A stretch of 64,000 nucleotides of DNA from Polyangiales bacterium (GTDB taxonomy: Bacteria > Myxococcota_A > Polyangia > Polyangiales > Polyangiaceae), in NCBI GenBank assembly GCA_038231275.1, contig JBBRLQ010000001.1, forward strand, positions 224,001 through 288,000. The letters run 5' to 3'. This document shows, piece by piece, positions 20,642 to 30,473 of this stretch. Every line of letters begins with the position of its first letter. The stretch's first letter is position 1. The position numbers and the translations under genes were made by a program. Below the pieces are notes generated by a model. That model was not told where the DNA came from. It worked only from the letters and a program-made list of their open reading frames with translations, and made no database searches.

Positions 20642-23495
20642 CGGGGCCGTCTGCGAGCGCCGCCGCTTCCGCGAGCTCCACCGGCGCCGCGAGCGTGCGC
20701 GTCTTCTTCACGGCGGCGAGATCGAGCGGCGACGCGATCGCGCCGTTTTTCCACATTCCGAGCGCCGCCCGCACCGCGCGGTGCGGCAGGTCGGGAGCGA
20801 GCGACTCCAGGACCTCGGTGATCTTCACCGCGCCAGAGCCGCGGATCTCGACGTCGACCGTGATGGGCACCAGATCGCCGACGAGCCCCGCCGCCTCGAT
20901 CACGCCCGCGTCGTCCCCGCGCGTGATCCCGCGAACGAACTCGCGCACGTTCACCCATTTGCCGATGCCGTCGATCTTGCGGAGCACCTTGCGCTCGGTC
21001 TCCGCGAGCAGCTTGGCGATGGCGTCGTCGAGCCACGCGTCGCCCCCGTGCTCGTTCACGACGATGCGGGGAATCGCGACGACGTAGCGCGCGGCATCGA
21101 CGATGCGCGAGACGCTCGCGTCCTGCTCGGCGAGCACGACGCCGCCGAAGAAACGAAGGCCGTCCCCCGAGCCCGCCGAGAGCCCGTCCAGGATCGCGGC
21201 CGGATCAACGTCGCACGTGAGCTTGACGTCGACGATCTCTGCCAAGCTCGACACCCCGAGGCTGAGCGCCGGGCCGAACGTCATCTCCGCCTTCGGGTGG
21301 TACCCGGAGCTGTAATAGAGCGGCAGCTCGAGGCGACGGAACGCGCGCGGCAAGGCGCGAATCAAATCGAGGTGCGACAGAAACGCGCTCGGTCCGACCT
21401 TCGTGAACCCGAAGCGGTACCGGCGCGCGACGCCCTGCACGATGCGCGGCGGCGGCGCCTTGCCCTTGCCGGCTGCCGCAATCTCCGGCAGCGCCTTGGG
21501 CGTCACCTTCGATTTCGCCCCGAGCTTCGTCAGGTAGACGAGACGCTCGCTGCGCATCGCCGACAGATCGCACGCGACGCCGCAGTCGTAGCAGACCAGC
21601 TTGCGCGCATCGGCGCCCGCGTCGTCGAGGTTCGTGTGGTGCACGAACATCCCGGCAGCCTTGCCGCACGGCACGCTGAGGCGACTCTTCAGCGCCTTCC
21701 GGTACTCGCGCACGAGGAAGCCGTCTTCGAGCCCGACGGAGATGTGATCCCACGGCAGCCGCGCCGTCACCGGAATGGTGCCGAGGTACTTGGCGATGTC
21801 GACGCCGCACGCCTCGAAGGCCGCCTCCCACACGTCGATCTTCAGCTGGTCCTCCCAGGAGTCGAACTTCGCGCCGGCGTCGTACGCTTTCTCGAGCACG
21901 TCGCACAGCGTGCGATCCCCGCGCGCGAAGACGCCTTCGAGCCACGACGTGTCGGCGTCGTGCATGCGCAACTCGACGCCGGAAGCGCGCGCCTCTTCCG
22001 AGAGCCAGCCTTGCTTTTCGCGTACGAGCGGCGCCGGGTCCATCGCGCACCACTGGAACGGCGTGTGGGGCTTGGGCACGTGCGTCGAGACGCTGACCGT
22101 CACCTTCGGGGCGCCGCCGAGGCCGCGCTCCTTCTTCACGCGCTTGCCCGCGTCGCGCGCGCGCTGGCCGACCTTGACGATCTCGCGTACGTCCGACTCT
22201 TCTTCCGTCGGCAGGCCGATCATGAAGTAGAGCTTCATCGACGCCCACCCGCGCGCAAAGATGCGCTCGGCGGTCTGCATCAGCTGCTCTTCGGTGACGT
22301 TCTTGTTCACCACGTCGCGCATGCGCTGGCTGCCCGCCTCGGGGGCGAAGGTCACGCCGGTCGCGCGCACGCGCTGGAGATCGTCGAGCACGTCCTCGCT
22401 GAGGCCGTAGGCGCGGAGGCTCGAGACGCCGAGCGACACCTTCTCGGGCGCCAGGCGCTCGGTCACCTTCTTCACGAGCGGCGCAATGCACGAGTAGTCC
22501 GCGGTCGACAGCGACGTCAGGCTCGCCTCGTCGTAGCCGCTCTTCTTGATGGCGGAGACGAGCGTCTCGACGATCTGGTCGGGATCGCGCTCGCGCACCG
22601 GGCGGTAAATCATGCCGGCTTGGCAGAAGCGGCAGCCCTCGGTACAGCCGCGCGCGATCTCGATCGACATCCGATCGAAGATCGCCTCGGGGCCGCCGAT
22701 GGGGCCGTCATCGGGGAACGGATACGCGTTCAGATCGTCGACCAGCGACCGCTCGACCGGGAGGCGCGCGCAGTCCACGGCGTCGGCCAATGGCGCGTCG
22801 ACGACGGTGAAGCCGGTGTCGGGATCGACGCTCGTCGAATAAAGCGACGGCACGTAGACGCCGCGGAGCTTCGCGATGCGGCGAAGTCGCTCGGCGCGCG
22901 GCACTCCGGCGTCCCGAAGCTCCGTCCACAGGAGCGCGATCTCGGTCGTGCGCTCTTCGCCGTCGCCGATCACGATCGCGTCGAGGAACGCCGTGACCGG
23001 TTCGGGGTGCGTCGCCGTAGGACCGCCGGCGATGACGAGCGGATCCTTCTCCCCGCGATCCTTCGATCTCCGCGGCACGCGCCCGAGATCGAGCATCGAC
23101 AAGACGTTCGAGTACGTCAGCTCGAACTGGAGCGAGAAGCCGACGACATCGAAATCCGACAGCGGCCGCGCGCTCTCGAGCGACACGAGCGGAAGACCGC
23201 GCGCGCGGAGCTCGCGGTCCATGTCGATCCACGGCGCGTAGCAGCGCTCGGCAAGCGTCCGCGGATCGTCGTTCAGGATCTTGTAGAGGATCTTGAAGCC
23301 GAGGTGGCTCATCCCGATGTCGTAGACGTCGGGGAACGCGAGGCAGACGCGCGCGCGCACGCTCGCCCAGTCCTTGGGTCGCGCGCCGTACTCGCCGCCG
23401 AGGTAGCGCGCCGGCTTCTGCACGAGGTGCACGAAGGCCTCGTACGGATGCGGCGCAGCGGGCTCGAGATGGGGGGGCGGCGTAGGGGTATTCAC
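20625..23495 (-). CDS. TIGR03960-type B12-binding radical SAM protein fused to TIGR03936/DUF2344 domain
   Basis: VQKPARYLGGE, RGCTEGCRFCQAG, TFAPEAGSQR; C-term FLSHLDLIR, YSSGYHP. Confidence 0.88.
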   Translation of the reverse strand: MNTPTPPPHLEPAAPHPYEAFVHLVQKPARYLGGEYGARPKDWASVRARVCLAFPDVYDIGMSHLGFKILYKILNDDPRTLAERCYAPWIDMDRELRARGLPLVSLESARPLSDFDVVGFSLQFELTYSNVLSMLDLGRVPRRSKDRGEKDPLVIAGGPTATHPEPVTAFLDAIVIGDGEERTTEIALLWTELRDAGVPRAERLRRIAKLRGVYVPSLYSTSVDPDTGFTVVDAPLADAVDCARLPVERSLVDDLNAYPFPDDGPIGGPEAIFDRMSIEIARGCTEGCRFCQAGMIYRPVRERDPDQIVETLVSAIKKSGYDEASLTSLSTADYSCIAPLVKKVTERLAPEKVSLGVSSLRAYGLSEDVLDDLQRVRATGVTFAPEAGSQRMRDVVNKNVTEEQLMQTAERIFARGWASMKLYFMIGLPTEEESDVREIVKVGQRARDAGKRVKKERGLGGAPKVTVSVSTHVPKPHTPFQWCAMDPAPLVREKQGWLSEEARASGVELRMHDADTSWLEGVFARGDRTLCDVLEKAYDAGAKFDSWEDQLKIDVWEAAFEACGVDIAKYLGTIPVTARLPWDHISVGLEDGFLVREYRKALKSRLSVPCGKAAGMFVHHTNLDDAGADARKLVCYDCGVACDLSAMRSERLVYLTKLGAKSKVTPKALPEIAAAGKGKAPPPRIVQGVARRYRFGFTKVGPSAFLSHLDLIRALPRAFRRLELPLYYSSGYHPKAEMTFGPALSLGVSSLAEIVDVKLTCDVDPAAILDGLSAGSGDGLRFFGGVVLAEQDASVSRIVDAARYVVAIPRIVVNEHGGDAWLDDAIAKLLAETERKVLRKIDGIGKWVNVREFVRGITRGDDAGVIEAAGLVGDLVPITVDVEIRGSGAVKITEVLESLAPDLPHRAVRAALGMWKNGAIASPLDLAAVKKTRTLAAPVELAEAAALADGPVTSAE

Positions 23496-23604
23496 GGCAG
23501 AACCACCGGTTCTTACAGGCGTTTGCCTTAAACGCAAGCGGCGCGCCGAAACAGGCCCAATTGCCCGCTTCGGCCTCAGGTGTGCCGTTTGCGCCGCGCA
23601 CCCG

Positions 23605-25911
23605 CTACTTGGTGACGGGCCTCGCGCAGCGACCGTTGATGCATGTGTAGCCCTGCGGGCTCCCGCAGCAGTCGCCGTCGACCTTGCAGTTCTCGAACTC
23701 CTGCGAGCAGCCCGCCGGAGGCTTGTCTTGGCAAACGAGGCCGCCGCCGTCGTCGGCCTGGCGACAGAAGCCGCCGCAGCACTCGTCGCCGGTCTCGCAG
23801 GTGGTGCCGTTGGTGTGGCACGGATCGACCGCCCAGAAGCCGCGCAAGTTGCCGGCGTTGAGCTCCTGGCCGGGCAAGTAGAACGCGGGGTGGCTCGGGT
23901 CTTTGCCGGGCGCGGGGTTGAGATCGATCGCCGCGACCCACAGCTTCTTCGTGATGGGAGCGGCGCCCGTTCCGTTGTCGTACGGCGCGCCGGCGGCGAT
24001 GTTGCCGTAGATGCGCCGGGCCGTGAAGACGACCCACGCGTAGCCGCCCGACGCGATCGGGTTCATCGTCGGCTCGTAGTTGAGCGCGGTGTCGTCGGGG
24101 TGTTGCGCGTTGGTGGGCAGGTAGCTCGTGCCGCCGCTGATGCCGTTCAGCAGATCCATTCGAAGCGGCTGCGGCGCGCCGGCGGCGTTGACGTACCAGA
24201 GCTCGGCGCGCGCGTTGTTCCACGTCGACAGCTCGCAGTCGCCGCACGCGCCCGCGACGGACGTGTTGTGGAAGACGACGCCGCTCGAGTCGGGCAAAAA
24301 GCCCGGCCACCCCGGCCAACGACCGGCGTCGCGGTACAGCTCGCGCAGGTTCGTGAAGGCGTAGGGCCCCTGGCATCCCGCCGCGGCGTCGGGCTTGCCG
24401 CAATCGAAGTCCGTGATCGCGAGCGAGTGACCTGCGCCCGCCGTCACGCCGCCTCCGCCGGGACCCTCCCAGAAGTTGAACGAGACGTGTTTGCCGTCGG
24501 GCGAAAAAATCGGCGTGACCGCGGCCGTCACCGCGTTGGTCCAGCCGGTGGACGGGATCGCGTTGCCGGTCGCACGTGCGTAGAGCTGCGAGTCCAGGAT
24601 GTTGTGCTCGCGCGCGTGGCGAGAGCTCGTCATCGCGAAGGTGCCGTCGGGGTAGACGCCCGACCAGAGGAATTTGCGATCGTTCGAGGAGCCGTCGCTC
24701 GACGTCGCCGCGCCCACGTACGTTTGGATCACCGCGCCGCTATTGCGCAGATCGTACGACGCGCCGGTCGTGTACGAGCTGTCCTCGGTGTAGAGCGTGG
24801 AGCCGTCGCTCGAGACCTCGTGGCAGACGTGGCAGCTCGTCTCCGTGCCAGGCACCGCGACCGTCGGAGCGAGCGCGCCGGGCTTGATCGCGAGGACGGC
24901 GCCATTGCCGCCGCCGACGAGGCGCGAGTTGTAGGAATTGTAATAGACGGTGCCTTTGAGGACGCCGGGCGCGATCGTGTAGCTCTGGTGGATGGGGCCG
25001 TATGCGACGCCTGCCGCTGCGACGACGACGTCGACGTTGAGCGGATCGCCGGAGTTGCTGTTCGTCGCTTGCCGCCACGCCGCCTGATCGATGGGCTGGT
25101 GGACGAGCGACGTGCCCGAGTAAAAGCCCTGGAACTCGAAGTTCTTCTCGGTCAAATGAATGTAAACTGCATTGACCCCGTGGGTGGTCTGCCACTGGAG
25201 GAGCGGCGCGAGGATGCCGCGCGGCCACACCGTCTTGTCGTACGGGTAGAGAAAGCCGAGCTCCGCGGCGTTCGCGGGCGGAGTGGGCGGCGGCGGACCG
25301 GTGAGGATGCCGACCGTGCCGGGATCGACGACGCCGCCCGACCCTTCACCGCCTACGCCGCCGACGCCGCCTGCGCCTCCGTCCGGAACGCCCGCGTCGG
25401 CGCCGCCTGGCGCGCCGTTCTGCACGACCTTCACGCGAACGGTCACCGTCGTCTTCGCCGAAATCGCCTGGTAGCGCGCCGTCACGTTGCCGGTGCCGCC
25501 GACGAAGCCGGTGGGCGTGAAGACGCCGGTGCTCGCGCCGATCACGCCGAGCTCGCCGCGGTCGACCGTCCATGAGACTGGAACGCTCGCGCCGGTGTTG
25601 TCGGTCGCAGTGAAAGTGACGGGCGTGGCGACGAGGGTGCCGTTGGTGATCGTGACGTCGACCGTCGGATCCTTCGGCGCGATGACGAGCGACGTGACCG
25701 GCCCGCCGCCTCCGCCGTCGCCGAAGATCGAGCTGTCGCCGAAGGGATCGACGAGGCCGCCGTCCCCACCGTCGAGCGACGCGTCGCCTTCGTTGAAGCC
25801 GCTCGGCGTGCCATCGCTCCCGCATCCGGCGTGCGCCGCGCCGAGCGCGAGAGCGAGCGACAGAGCCGCCGTCCATCCGAAGCCACCCTTGAAGCCCGCG
25901 TTCTTAAGCAT
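23605..25911 (-). CDS. Large lipoprotein with TolB-like propeller and C-terminal Cys-rich repeats
   Basis: Lipobox HAG-C, PIFSPDG/PGFLPD repeats, CHVCH, two C-x6-C-x5-CC modules. Confidence 0.7.
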   Translation of the reverse strand: MLKNAGFKGGFGWTAALSLALALGAAHAGCGSDGTPSGFNEGDASLDGGDGGLVDPFGDSSIFGDGGGGGPVTSLVIAPKDPTVDVTITNGTLVATPVTFTATDNTGASVPVSWTVDRGELGVIGASTGVFTPTGFVGGTGNVTARYQAISAKTTVTVRVKVVQNGAPGGADAGVPDGGAGGVGGVGGEGSGGVVDPGTVGILTGPPPPTPPANAAELGFLYPYDKTVWPRGILAPLLQWQTTHGVNAVYIHLTEKNFEFQGFYSGTSLVHQPIDQAAWRQATNSNSGDPLNVDVVVAAAGVAYGPIHQSYTIAPGVLKGTVYYNSYNSRLVGGGNGAVLAIKPGALAPTVAVPGTETSCHVCHEVSSDGSTLYTEDSSYTTGASYDLRNSGAVIQTYVGAATSSDGSSNDRKFLWSGVYPDGTFAMTSSRHAREHNILDSQLYARATGNAIPSTGWTNAVTAAVTPIFSPDGKHVSFNFWEGPGGGGVTAGAGHSLAITDFDCGKPDAAAGCQGPYAFTNLRELYRDAGRWPGWPGFLPDSSGVVFHNTSVAGACGDCELSTWNNARAELWYVNAAGAPQPLRMDLLNGISGGTSYLPTNAQHPDDTALNYEPTMNPIASGGYAWVVFTARRIYGNIAAGAPYDNGTGAAPITKKLWVAAIDLNPAPGKDPSHPAFYLPGQELNAGNLRGFWAVDPCHTNGTTCETGDECCGGFCRQADDGGGLVCQDKPPAGCSQEFENCKVDGDCCGSPQGYTCINGRCARPVTK

Positions 25912-26051
25912 TCTCGCTCCTCGCACTCGAAAAGATCGCACGCTCTTCCGTAGGCGCGCCAGTCCGAGGGGAATTTTATCGTCGAAGAGGATCACATGTC
26001 GCACGGAGGCGGGCACGGCGCCGCGTTGCGGGTAGACTTCCGCCGGCGCAG

Positions 26052-27542
26052 ATGACGGGCAGCGGCGACAGCAGCGAGAAGGACGCGGGCGGCAGCGCGC
26101 CGGAGCCCCTGCGGATCCAGCCGGGCGACGTATTGGCTGGGAAATACCGCGTCGAGAAGCTGCTCGGTGAAGGTGGGATGGGGCAGGTCCTCGAGGCCGT
26201 CCACGTCGAGCTGGACCAGCGCGTGGCGGTCAAGGCGCTCCTGCCACGCATGGCGACCCACGAGGACGCCGTCGCGCGGTTCACCCGGGAGGCCCGGGGG
26301 CTCGCAAAGCTCAACAGTGAGCACGTCGCGCGCGTCTTCGATGTCGGCAAGGCGCCGGGCGGGCAGCCCTTCATGGTGATGGAGCTGCTCGAGGGGAAGG
26401 ACCTCGGCGAGCTGCTCGACACCCGCGGCGCGCTCCCGATCGAGGAGGCCGCCGAGCTCGCCCTCCACGCGTGCGCGGGCCTCGCCGAGGTGCACGCCGG
26501 CGGGATCATCCATCGCGATCTCAAGCCGTCGAACTGCTACGTCGTCACGCGCGGCGACGGGACGCCGTGCTTGAAGCTGCTCGATTTCGGCATCTCGAAA
26601 TTCCGCGGCACCGCCGTGACGCGCACGGCGGCGATCATGGGCTCGCCGGGCTACATGTCGCCCGAGCAGATGGCTTCGACGAAGGACGTCGACGAGCGCG
26701 CGGACATTTGGGGGCTCGGCGCGACGTTCTACGAGATGCTGATCGGACGGCCGGCCTTCGTCGCCGAGAACGCGCCGATGCTGTGCATCAAGATCGCGAA
26801 CGAGGAGCCGGACCCGCCGCGGAGCGTCCGCGCGGATCTTCCCGAGGGGCTCGAAGCGGTGCTCCTCAAGTGCTTGGCGAAGGTGCCGGAGCAGCGGTAC
26901 ACGAACGTCGCGGAGGTCGCGCGCGCCATCGCGCCGTTCGCGCCGGAGCGGGCGCGCTCGTACGTGGAAAAAATCGAGGGGATCCTGCGTGGCGCGCGCG
27001 TCGCGCCGGCGAGCGACCGGCCGCCGGCGCCGGCGTTCTTCGAGCGCGCGACGGTGCGCGCGGGGGACGAGGGCAAGCCGGCGAGGAGCGTCACGCCGTC
27101 CGACGACGTGGCCGAGCGCGAGACCGTCGTCCCCGGAAAAAAGCGCGGCGCCGCAGCGGCGGTGAGCGCTCCGAGCGAACCGCCTCGAACGCGCCAAACG
27201 CGCCCGCGCCGGACGGTGCTCTTCCTCGCCCTGGGGATGCTCCTCGGCGCCCTCCTGGCGATCGGCCTCTTCGCGACGCTCCGCGCCCGCGCGGCAGGAT
27301 CGACGGCGACCCCGACTCCGACCCCGACTCCGACTCCGACCCCGACCCCGACTCCGACCCCGACCCCGACTCCGACTCCGACCTCGGACCTCGACGCCGG
27401 CGCCGATGCTGCGGACGACGACGACGATGACGACGACGACGCGGGAGCCGGCGCGGACTCGGCCGCCGCGAGCAAGCCCCATCCGCCGACGCGGCACCGA
27501 CCTCGGCCGCACCCCACGCCGAAGCGACCTCGCCACAAGTAA
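26052..27542 (+). CDS. Ser/Thr protein kinase with TM, (PT)n and poly-Asp tail
   Basis: GEGGMGQV, VAVK, HRDLKPSN, DFG, YMSPE. Confidence 0.92.
   Translation: MTGSGDSSEKDAGGSAPEPLRIQPGDVLAGKYRVEKLLGEGGMGQVLEAVHVELDQRVAVKALLPRMATHEDAVARFTREARGLAKLNSEHVARVFDVGKAPGGQPFMVMELLEGKDLGELLDTRGALPIEEAAELALHACAGLAEVHAGGIIHRDLKPSNCYVVTRGDGTPCLKLLDFGISKFRGTAVTRTAAIMGSPGYMSPEQMASTKDVDERADIWGLGATFYEMLIGRPAFVAENAPMLCIKIANEEPDPPRSVRADLPEGLEAVLLKCLAKVPEQRYTNVAEVARAIAPFAPERARSYVEKIEGILRGARVAPASDRPPAPAFFERATVRAGDEGKPARSVTPSDDVAERETVVPGKKRGAAAAVSAPSEPPRTRQTRPRRTVLFLALGMLLGALLAIGLFATLRARAAGSTATPTPTPTPTPTPTPTPTPTPTPTPTSDLDAGADAADDDDDDDDDAGAGADSAAASKPHPPTRHRPRPHPTPKRPRHK
27309..27383. repeat. 6-bp microsatellite (ACY-CCG)n encoding Thr-Pro repeats
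   Basis: About 12 units of acc/act ccg, followed by a (GAY)n poly-Asp run near 27415-27440. Confidence 0.85.
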
Positions 27543-27574
27543 ACGCGGCGAACTGCTACGCTGTGGGGCAGCGA

Positions 27575-29269
27575 ATGGGCGAGGAGCAGGACGCGAAGAC
27601 GTTGGCGGCGACACCGGCCGCGCTCGACTCGCCGACGCTTACGGGCGTCTCGCCGGTCGCGCCGGGCTCCGGTCCATTGCCGACCGTCGGCCTCTCGATG
27701 GCGGCGTCGATGGTGATGCACTCCGAGCAGGCGGCGCGCGCGCGTGCGTTCTTCACGCTCACGTCGATCATGACGTTCATCGCGGCGGGGTTCATGCCTT
27801 TCGTCCCGGGTCCGCCGCTGCTGCGTGCGCTCGCGATGACGGCGTGCGTGCTCGTGGCGTCGATCGGCCTGGTCGTGGTCCGCACGCTGCGCAACGAGTC
27901 GCGCTACACGCCGAGGCTCGTGCTCATGCTCGGGATCGTATTCGGCGTCGTCGGCGAGCTCGCGCTCTTCTATTTTGGCCTCTTCACAGCGGCCGCGATG
28001 GTGCTGCCGCTCGGCGTCTATTTTTTCGGCCTGTCGGAGAGCCCGCGCGCCGCGATTACGACGTACATCGTCGGGGCGATCTTCTACGCCGCGCTCTCGA
28101 TCGGCGTGGTGACCGGTGTGCTTCCCGACCTAGGGCCGATGCCGATCAGCCACCTGCCGGCAGCATGGCGTTGGTTCTTCGTCGTGATGACGCAGGTGGT
28201 CTTCGCGACGACCTTCTTCCTCGCGCGCTCGAGCCGGCGCGCGACGCAGGCGGCGATCGCGCGTGTCGAGCGGGCAACACGGCAGATCCAACAGCGCGAC
28301 GCACTGCTGGTCGAAGCGCGCGGAGAGCTCGATCGCGCGCAGCGTCCAGGCGAGGGGCGTTACTCAGGACAAACCCTCGCCGGCTACGTGCTCGGCGAGG
28401 TCGTGGGGCGCGGCGGAATGGGCGAGGTCTACCGCGCCGAGAACCCGGAGACCGGCGAGCTCGCCGCCGTGAAGCTGATGCATCCGACGATCCTGAGCGA
28501 CGCCGAGCAAGTAAAGCGCTTCGTTCGGGAGGCAGAGATCGCCGAGAAGGTCGCGTCGCCGTACGTCGCGCGTGTGCTCCGCGCGGGGTTGAGCCCCTCG
28601 GGCCTGCCGTACGTCGCGATGGAGCTGCTCGACGGCCACGATCTCGCGTGGCACCTCCGGAAGTCGACGCGCATGCCCCTCGGCAAAGTGGCCAAGCTCG
28701 TCGAGCATGCGGCCCTGGCGCTCGTCGCGATCCGCGAGGCCGGGATCATCCATCGCGATCTGAAGCCCCACAACCTCCTCTTCCACGAGGCGAGCGACGC
28801 GCGGCGCTGGAAGGTGCTCGATTTCGGCGTGTCGCGGTACGAGGCGGCGGGCAGCACGATGACGCACGGCGCGCTCGTCGGGACGCCGTCGTACATGGCG
28901 CCGGAGCAGGTGCGGCTCGAGTCGGTCGACCATCGCACCGATCTTTACGCGCTGGCGAACGTCGTCTACCGCGCGCTCACGGGGAAGCCGGCGTTCGTGG
29001 GCGACGACGTGGCCGGCGTCCTCTTTCACGTCGTGCATACGCCGCCGCCGCAGCCGAGCGCGATCGTTCGGATGCCGGTCGACGTGGAGCTGGTGCTGGC
29101 CATCGCGATGGCGAAGGCGCCTTCCGATCGTTTCCAGAAGGCCGAGGAGTTCGCGGATGCGTTCCGGCGCGCCGCGAAGAGCGAGCTCGACGTGAAGATG
29201 CGCGAACGCGGCCTGAAGATGGTGGCGAAATACCCGTGGTCGACGCCGGAGGTCCGCGCGACGGGCTGA
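27575..29269 (+). CDS. Ser/Thr protein kinase with N-terminal multi-TM domain
   Basis: About 6 hydrophobic helices, coiled coil, GRGGMGEV, HRDLKPHN, DFG, YMAPE. Confidence 0.9.
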   Translation: MGEEQDAKTLAATPAALDSPTLTGVSPVAPGSGPLPTVGLSMAASMVMHSEQAARARAFFTLTSIMTFIAAGFMPFVPGPPLLRALAMTACVLVASIGLVVVRTLRNESRYTPRLVLMLGIVFGVVGELALFYFGLFTAAAMVLPLGVYFFGLSESPRAAITTYIVGAIFYAALSIGVVTGVLPDLGPMPISHLPAAWRWFFVVMTQVVFATTFFLARSSRRATQAAIARVERATRQIQQRDALLVEARGELDRAQRPGEGRYSGQTLAGYVLGEVVGRGGMGEVYRAENPETGELAAVKLMHPTILSDAEQVKRFVREAEIAEKVASPYVARVLRAGLSPSGLPYVAMELLDGHDLAWHLRKSTRMPLGKVAKLVEHAALALVAIREAGIIHRDLKPHNLLFHEASDARRWKVLDFGVSRYEAAGSTMTHGALVGTPSYMAPEQVRLESVDHRTDLYALANVVYRALTGKPAFVGDDVAGVLFHVVHTPPPQPSAIVRMPVDVELVLAIAMAKAPSDRFQKAEEFADAFRRAAKSELDVKMRERGLKMVAKYPWSTPEVRATG

Positions 29270-29289
29270 GCGCGGAAGGGACGGAAGAC

Positions 29290-30456
29290 TTATCGCAGCG
29301 CGCCGAGCCAGGTCGCGCCGATGCGCATCGCCGAGCGCGCGAAGTCGCGAGGATCGTGGCGGAGCGCGCCGAAGTGTCGGCCACCGCACCGCAGCGAGGT
29401 CGGATCGAGGAGCAAGCGCTCCATCGACGCGCGGCTCGGGCCGAAGAACGCGTGAACGACGCGCCGGCGGAGGCGCAGATCGACGCCGAGGCGCGAGCGG
29501 TGCACCGTGGAGGTCCAGCGATCGATCTCCTCGCGATGCCGGACCACCTTCGCGACGAACCCGCCGGCGAGCGCGCCGAACTCGATCGCCTGCGCGATCC
29601 CTTCGCCGGTGATGGGATCGATCCCCGCGGCCTCGCCCGTCAGCATCAACGGACCGCGCGAGAGGCGCTCGGTGAAGTCGAGCCCGCGCTCGGCGTAGCG
29701 CTTCTGCTTGTAGCGGGCGATGTCGAGCCCGATCCTTTCGAGGTAGGCGCCAAGGCGCGCTTCGAGATCAACTTCGTCGTCCCCGAGGCGCAGGTGGTAG
29801 ATGCCGCGGCACATCAGCTCGCGACCGCCCACGATCGTCGGGAAGTCCCAGTAGTAGCCGCTGAGGCCGCGATCGGTCGCGTCGAAGTGGAGCGCGCCGC
29901 GCGGGCGCTCGCCTTCGACCATCTCGGTGTCGAGCTCCAGCACCTGCGCGCGCATCGAGCCGGCCGGCAGGCCCATCGTCTTGCGGATCTGGCTGCCGAC
30001 ACCGTCAGCGCCGACGACCACCTTCGCCTCGTACGTGGCGCCGGCCGCCGTCACGGTCGCCCGCGCCCCGCTCACCTCGACGCCGTCCACCTTCGCACCT
30101 TCGACGATGCGCACGCCGCGCGCGCGGGCGATCTCGGCGAGCGCGTGATCGAACTCGATGCGGCGCACCACGCGCCCGATAGGGCCGATCTCGGCCGCGA
30201 CCTCGCCGTCCATCGCGCGGAACGACATGGCGGTGATGGGAACGCTCGGCACGTCGGGCTTCGCGTCATAGCGCTCGAGGATGCGGTCGCCGCGGCCGCC
30301 GATCGCGCCGGCGCACGGCTTTTCGCGCGGGTAGTGCGCCTTCTCAAGGAGGACGACGCGGCCGCGGAGCGAGGGGTCGGACGCGAGCAAGGCGATCGCC
30401 GTGACGGTGCCGGCGGGGCCGCCGCCCACGATGACGACGTCGACGACTTCGCTCAT
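29290..30456 (-). CDS. FAD-dependent oxidoreductase, geranylgeranyl-reductase-like
   Basis: VGGGPAG, PREKPCAG, RIEFD, GADG, GEAAG.DPITGEGI. Confidence 0.85.
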   Translation of the reverse strand: MSEVVDVVIVGGGPAGTVTAIALLASDPSLRGRVVLLEKAHYPREKPCAGAIGGRGDRILERYDAKPDVPSVPITAMSFRAMDGEVAAEIGPIGRVVRRIEFDHALAEIARARGVRIVEGAKVDGVEVSGARATVTAAGATYEAKVVVGADGVGSQIRKTMGLPAGSMRAQVLELDTEMVEGERPRGALHFDATDRGLSGYYWDFPTIVGGRELMCRGIYHLRLGDDEVDLEARLGAYLERIGLDIARYKQKRYAERGLDFTERLSRGPLMLTGEAAGIDPITGEGIAQAIEFGALAGGFVAKVVRHREEIDRWTSTVHRSRLGVDLRLRRRVVHAFFGPSRASMERLLLDPTSLRCGGRHFGALRHDPRDFARSAMRIGATWLGALR

Positions 30457-30473
30457 GCGCTGGCGAGTCTAGC

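Noticed and set aside
20781-23531. 916-aa ORF antisense to the radical SAM gene
   Set aside because: Antisense mirror ORF caused by GC3 bias; no motifs.
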